The notes under the pieces are model-generated. The model ran no database searches and was not told the origin of the DNA. It worked only from the letters and a program-made list of their open reading frames with translations. The translations under genes and the position numbers were made by a program. Of a stretch of 64,000 nt of DNA, positions 46,044-64,000 are shown piece by piece. The DNA lies in assembly GCA_033442325.1 (NCBI GenBank), contig JAWQFM010000002.1, positions 1,081,273-1,145,272 of the forward strand. Direction: 5' to 3'. Positions within the stretch are counted from its first letter, which is position 1, and the number at the start of each line of letters is the position of its first letter. Source of the stretch: Salpingoeca rosetta (taxonomy: Eukaryota; Protista; Choanoflagellata).

Positions 46044-46863
46044 ACTACAGGTCGAGGTACGGTGAGCCTCTACGACACGATCCATCACGACTCCAACACA
46101 TATGCAGGTGAGGGATACCTCTCAACATGCGCATGTGTGCGTGTGCGTGCGTGTGTGTTTGTCTTGTGTACACGCCGTATTGTGTCTCATTTCTTCCCTT
46201 TTCAGCGTGCTGTGTGAAGCGCCGTCCTTGCTCGTTGCTCCTGTGATTCTCATTTTGCTGTTCCTCTGTTCATGCGTTGCGACCTTCGACTGGATGCTGC
46301 TTCTCAGGCAATGGTGACATTGACATCCCCCCAGAGGGTTTTGTGATTGCGCTCCGATTTACACCCGTCATTGGCGCCAACTTTGACTGTGAGCTGCGTG
46401 TGTGTGTGCGTGTGTGTCCGGGTTTGTTGCTGTTGGTCTGGGAGCGTGCGAAGTGTGTTTTGGGTGTTGGCAGTGTCCATGCGCTCCGAAAGTGCCCTTC
46501 GAGTGCAACCAAGGCTGCGTTGTCCGCATCGCTTCTGTTTTGCTCTTGCACACACACACTCACACACTCACACTCTCTCCCACTCACACACACTCACACA
46601 CTCACACACACGCACACGCACGCACACACACGCACGCACACACACGCACGCTCATCCTCACACACTCACACACACGCCTCTGTGTTGCGTGTATCGTGCT
46701 TGCTTGCTTGTTGGCATCGCTTGCAGACACGGTTGTGGTGAATTACTATGACTTTGACGAGTTCCACCCAAGCTTCGTTCCATCAGACCATCGCTGCTTC
46801 GACATGAGAGGCAATGCCGGCTATTCCTACCCATACGTCTCCTTCAAGTGCCGCGATGTTTGA
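40997..46863 (+). CDS. Secreted multidomain protein: signal peptide, Thr stalk, Cys-rich module, cubilin-NTD-like segment, coiled coil, ILEI/PANDER (GG-type lectin) domain, unknown C-terminal domain
   Basis: About 19 short exons splice in phase. ILEI signature across exons ~43656-44830: ISAQSSGLCSG..WINDE..RGINTVEFHPTT..NFDT..YINGLAEGVPVVFVIHDE..AIESMGSRYIRTITYRESWAMIGIKG. Heptad-like segment ~41989-43230. No TM helix after the signal peptide. Confidence 0.8.
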
Positions 46864-47600
46864 GCGTCACATCACTTGCCACGTGAGACGTGCTCAGCTT
46901 GCGTGCTGTTTTGCTTTCTTTGCTTGTTTGTGTTTGTGTTTGTGTTGTGCTGTTCGTGCTTCGTTGCCTGTCTCCTCTCGCTCACTGTGGAGGGAGTGTG
47001 TGTTTGTTGTTTTTGGCCTTTCCTTCGCCTGGCTTGTTGACTTGCACTGTCTGTGTGTCGAGGGATGGTGAGCTGTTCCTTCACAATACAACACAATAAA
47101 TGTGGTGATTTTGAACGCGCGTGTTCAGCAACGTAACAAGTCGCAGCACCAATCAGCCAAGGGACAGTCCCAATACCATCTTTGTTGTGGAGCTCATGGC
47201 GAATAACAATTTTCGTGTCGTGGATGAGAATGTCGTCTATGCTGCTGCTGCTACACGTCAAGCAAGTGGACGCCAGAGCGCGCGCGCGCGTTGGCAGATG
47301 GTCGTCCGTCGGCCCCCTTGTCTTCCTCCCTCTCTGACCTTTTTTTTTTTTTTTTTCTGCACATGCACAGACAAAGCATGCACACAGAACTGCTTTGTTT
47401 CCCACACGTCATGTCACCACCACCAAACTGGCCCTCATTGATTGCAAGGTTTCATGGCTGTGCTTTGTGTAATTGAAGAACGAGACAGACACGACCGAAC
47501 ACACCCAGGCCGATGAGTTGGCCGAAAAAGAAGAAGATGGTGGTGGCTAAGAACAAATCGCCGTGAAAGTAAGAGGTTCCACCGAGGGGAGAGAGGGAGG

Positions 47601-47645
<45 letters not shown>

Positions 47646-47754
47646 GGGACCAAGCTCGCAGAAAAAACAAACAAAACCAAACACACACACACACACACAC
47701 AGGGTGAAATTAAGGCAGAGGACAAAGAGACGGCACACGCACTCCACTATGGGC

Positions 47755-60748
<12,994 letters not shown>

Positions 60749-61018
60749 GCTTGCAGTCGTAGTTGTAGCAGCAACAACACCAGTGGCACCAAAAGCAGCA
60801 GCAGCAGCAGCAGCAGCGAGGCCCTTTTCGTTCCGTCTGCACTGCTCGTGTCCCAAGGTCAATCAGACAAGCGCACCCACCAAGATGTGCTTGTTGGCTT
60901 TTTCTGTGTGTCTGCTCCAACCAACGTACCAACAACGCACTGCTGACTGGAGCGGCGATTTTTGGTGGATGTCTTTTACGATTCTTCACAACACCACACA
61001 CCACACAAGAAAGGCACG
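60749..61018. promoter_or_regulatory. Putative bidirectional promoter MROH1/RPB8
   Basis: Divergent ATGs 270 bp apart. Confidence 0.6.
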
Positions 61019-62060
61019 ATGCGGCTGTTCGAGGATGTGTTCACGGTCAAGGCCAAGGACCCCAAGGGCCGCAAGTTCGAGAGGTGCGTGTGTGACGATG
61101 GCGGTGGCACTGGGTGGGTGGTGACCAGCGCCGGGGGAGGGGGAAGGGAGGGGAAGGGTGGCGCTTAGTCACACATGCAGGGACGAGCGTGGCTGGTGTG
61201 GTTTGGTGGCTGAATCTGTCGCGGAATGTGCATGGTTGTGTAGATGCGTTTGAACACGTGCTCAGTCAGCGGTCCTAATGGCGTGTAACTTGGCAGGGTC
61301 TCAAGGATCGTGTGCGAAGCCTTCATGACCGGCTTCGAGCTCATCCTCGACCTCAACACACAGCTCTACCCCATGGAGCTCGATGAACAGTGCGTTGCGT
61401 GTGTGTCTGTGTGTCTGTGTGTGTATGCTTGTACGTGCACGTGCGTCGTGTATGCTTGTGCGTCGTTTGTATGTGTGTACCTGCATGCGCATAGATACAC
61501 GGGCGTCCACCTTCAACTGCCATTCTCAACCACTCCACCAACACACACACATATACACACTGCTGCAGGTTTTCGCTATGCCTTGCGCGGAGCTTGGATG
61601 ACGAGGCTGCGCCCAGCTCAGGCACATACGTACAGGTGCGTTGCAACCAAGCTGTGTTGCACGTGCGTGTGCGTATGCGTTTGTGTGTATGCTCGTGTGT
61701 GTATGCTCGTGTGTGTGTGTGCATGTTCTCGTGTGAGTGTGTGTGCGTGTATGCGTGCTGCATTTCGTGACCAGTAATTGGATGAGGCTTGGATCCCAGT
61801 GCCCGTGTACGTTTGTCCTTCTGCATGTCACCGTATTTCCCCATCCTCCATCCACCTCACAGAACCGCGAGTCATCGCTGGCGGACAGCTTCGACTATGT
61901 GATGCACGGGACCATCTACCGTGTGGAGGAGAAGGAAGGGCAGGTGGCCGTGTACGCGTCATATGGTGGCATGCTCATGCGTCTCAAGGGCAACCGCAGC
62001 GCGCTCATGAAGCCAGGCCTCGAGCTCGACTCAAGCCTCTACCTCCTCATTCGCAAGTAG
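61019..62060 (+). CDS. POLR2H: RNA polymerase I/II/III shared subunit RPABC3 (RPB8)
   Basis: Four exons: LFEDVFTVKAKDPKGRKFER|VSRIVCE..LILDLNTQLYP|QFSLCLARSL..|SLADSFDYVMHGTIYRVE..VYASYGGMLMRLKG..LYLLIRK*. Confidence 0.95.
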
Positions 62061-62098
62061 CCGCAACTCCCCGCGTGTCTCCCGCCTGTCATCGCGTA

Positions 62099-62166
<68 letters not shown>

Positions 62167-62893
62167 GCTGTTGTCGCAGTATGTCTGAAGTTGTGCAAAT
62201 GTTGTTTGTTGTTGTTTTGTTGCGTGAACGTGCGTGTCGTGTGATGATGTGTCAAGGTTTGCAAACACCTTGTTGTCAGTGTATGTGCGCAGTGTGCGCA
62301 GTGTGCGCAGTGTGCGCGCGCGAGTGTTGGTGTGAGGTAGTGTCCAGTCTCACGAACGTTTCTGCTTTTGGCAAGGACGACAGAGTGCGTGGCTTTGGTT
62401 GGTGTTCTTGTTGTATGTTCATGTACGCTGTTCTGGTTGGCGCACTGCTTTCTTCTTGCTTGCTCGTTGATTAACCGTTTACACCGCATTAGAAAACACC
62501 CGCGACAACACATCACGCGTCGCCAAGGAACAAACGCAACGGGCAGAGTGCACACGCGCCACGTGTGAAGTAAAGTCATCACAACCCATGAACAAAACAA
62601 GATTGATGGAAGAGAGTGCAAGGAGAGAGCATGGAGAGAGCAAGGCAAGAGCAAGGAGAGAGAAGGAAAGAGGTCAATTGGAGAGGGGTGCGTGGGTAGA
62701 GCCAATGAAGAGGAGTCGCCACCCCCCCCCACCATCATGCGACACACAGATGCAAACAGATGCAAACAGACGAAGACAATACGGGCAGGGCACATAGGAA
62801 AAATAGTCGGAGCAGAGGACACGAGACAAGACACAGACACAGACACAGACACAGACACAGAGCATACACAGACACACACAGACAAGAGGACGA

Positions 62894-63106
62894 TCAGAGG
62901 TCGCTCAGCTGCTGGCCAAGTTCCCCTATCCTGCTCTTGCAATACGCCGTCACATCACGCGAGAAGTCCCACACCCGCAGCGTGTCGTCTTGGGAGCTGC
63001 TCACAATCTTGAACGCATCAAACTGCACGCGGAACACGCGGTTGTCGTGTCCCTCCAATCGCGGCGCAGGCTCGCCCGTCTGGAAGTTCCACACGCGCAC
63101 CGTCCT

Positions 63107-63188
<82 letters not shown>

Positions 63189-64000
63189 AATGATGATGAT
63201 GATGATGATGTTGATGATGAAGTTTGGGGAGAACAAAGGTGTTAGTGAGTGAAGTGAGCACAAAGGGAGAAAGTAGCACGTGGACCAGAGGAGCAGTGGT
63301 GAGACGGTGCTCTTGCAGGCAGCGGCGGCGGTGTTGGTTGTGCGGGCGTAACAATCATTTGCAACTGGAAACTGTGGCACTCCAACATCACGTGTGTGAG
63401 GACGCACCCATCGTAGGATCCAGACACGATGAATCTGTCGTCGAACCGCACACAGCGCACCAGCGATGTGTGGCCTGGGCACGCACATGAAACAAGCACA
63501 TACAAGACACAAGCGAACACATTTGACACCAAAGTGCATGTGAGAAAATGAGAGAAGATGACGGCCGTGGCAGCGGGGGATGGTGCATGCAGGCAAAAAT
63601 TACAAGCGCTGGCTATATGGGGGGTGGGGTGGGGTGGGCGACGGACCTCTGAGGACGTTGATGCACTCGCCCGTGTCGACCTGCCAAATGCGAATGGTCT
63701 GGTCGGAGGAGCCGCTCACAATGTGGTTGCCCCGGTACTGGATGCATGCAATGCCTGCAGGCAACAATAGTCAAGCACACGTGAGACGAACGAGGAAGAT
63801 GGATGGGGTGCAGAAAGATGGATTGTGTGTGTGTGTGTGCGTGTACGTGTGTGTGTGCGTGCGTGTACGTGTGTGTGTGCGTGCGTGTGCGTGCGTGTGT
63901 GTGCGTGTGCGTGCGTGTGTGTGCGTGCGTGCGGGTGCATGTCTACGTGGTCGAGGGCACAACAGCAGCAGGTATGGTGTCACACAGCCACACCTCGCTC
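62894..64000 (-). CDS. BTRC: beta-TrCP/FBXW-like WD40 protein, 3' end only
   Basis: Last three exons (~63754-63647, ~63474-63408, ~63105-62894): GIACIQYRGNHIVSGSSDQTIRIW..GHTSLVRCVRFDDRFIVSGSYDG..RVFRVQFDAFKIVSSSQDDTLRVWDF, closely matching the last beta-TrCP WD repeats. The F-box is outside the window. Confidence 0.8.
63107..63220 (+). repeat. (GAT)n tract (sense-strand CAT) abutting the last acceptor of the WD40 gene
   Basis: Directly visible; sense strand reads (CAT)n-CAAG|G. Confidence 0.9.

Overview
Draft-assembly window from a compact, intron-rich eukaryotic genome. GC-rich exons, GT-AG introns packed with (GT)n/(CA)n microsatellites and animal-like gene content suggest a choanoflagellate such as Salpingoeca; this is inferred, not proven. 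Hand splicing gives 15 protein genes: GSTCD (+, 5' partial), ATP7-type Cu(I) P1B-ATPase (+), a Shisa-like single-pass Cys-rich PY-motif protein (+), GGPS1 (-), MRPL20 (-), FAM185A-like (+), ZNF277 (-), Nedd4-family C2-WW3-HECT ligase (+), CXorf58-like (-), a PH-domain protein (+), LYRM2 (-), a secreted Cys-rich/cubilin-like head/coiled-coil/ILEI protein (+), MROH1 (-), RPB8 (+) and a beta-TrCP-like WD40 protein (-, 5' partial). There are four N gaps. Most long entries in the ORF track are microsatellite artefacts. Most interesting signals: (1) the secreted mosaic protein; (2) the Shisa-like adaptor near a Nedd4 ligase; (3) a polarized intron architecture, with UG repeats at the 5' end, CA/CACU repeats at the 3' end and many acceptors lacking a pyrimidine tract; (4) five head-to-head gene pairs only 158-270 bp apart; (5) a three-block promoter motif shared by two mitochondrial genes. 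No RNA gene, transposon or CRISPR array was recognisable. Family assignments rest on remembered motifs, not database searches.
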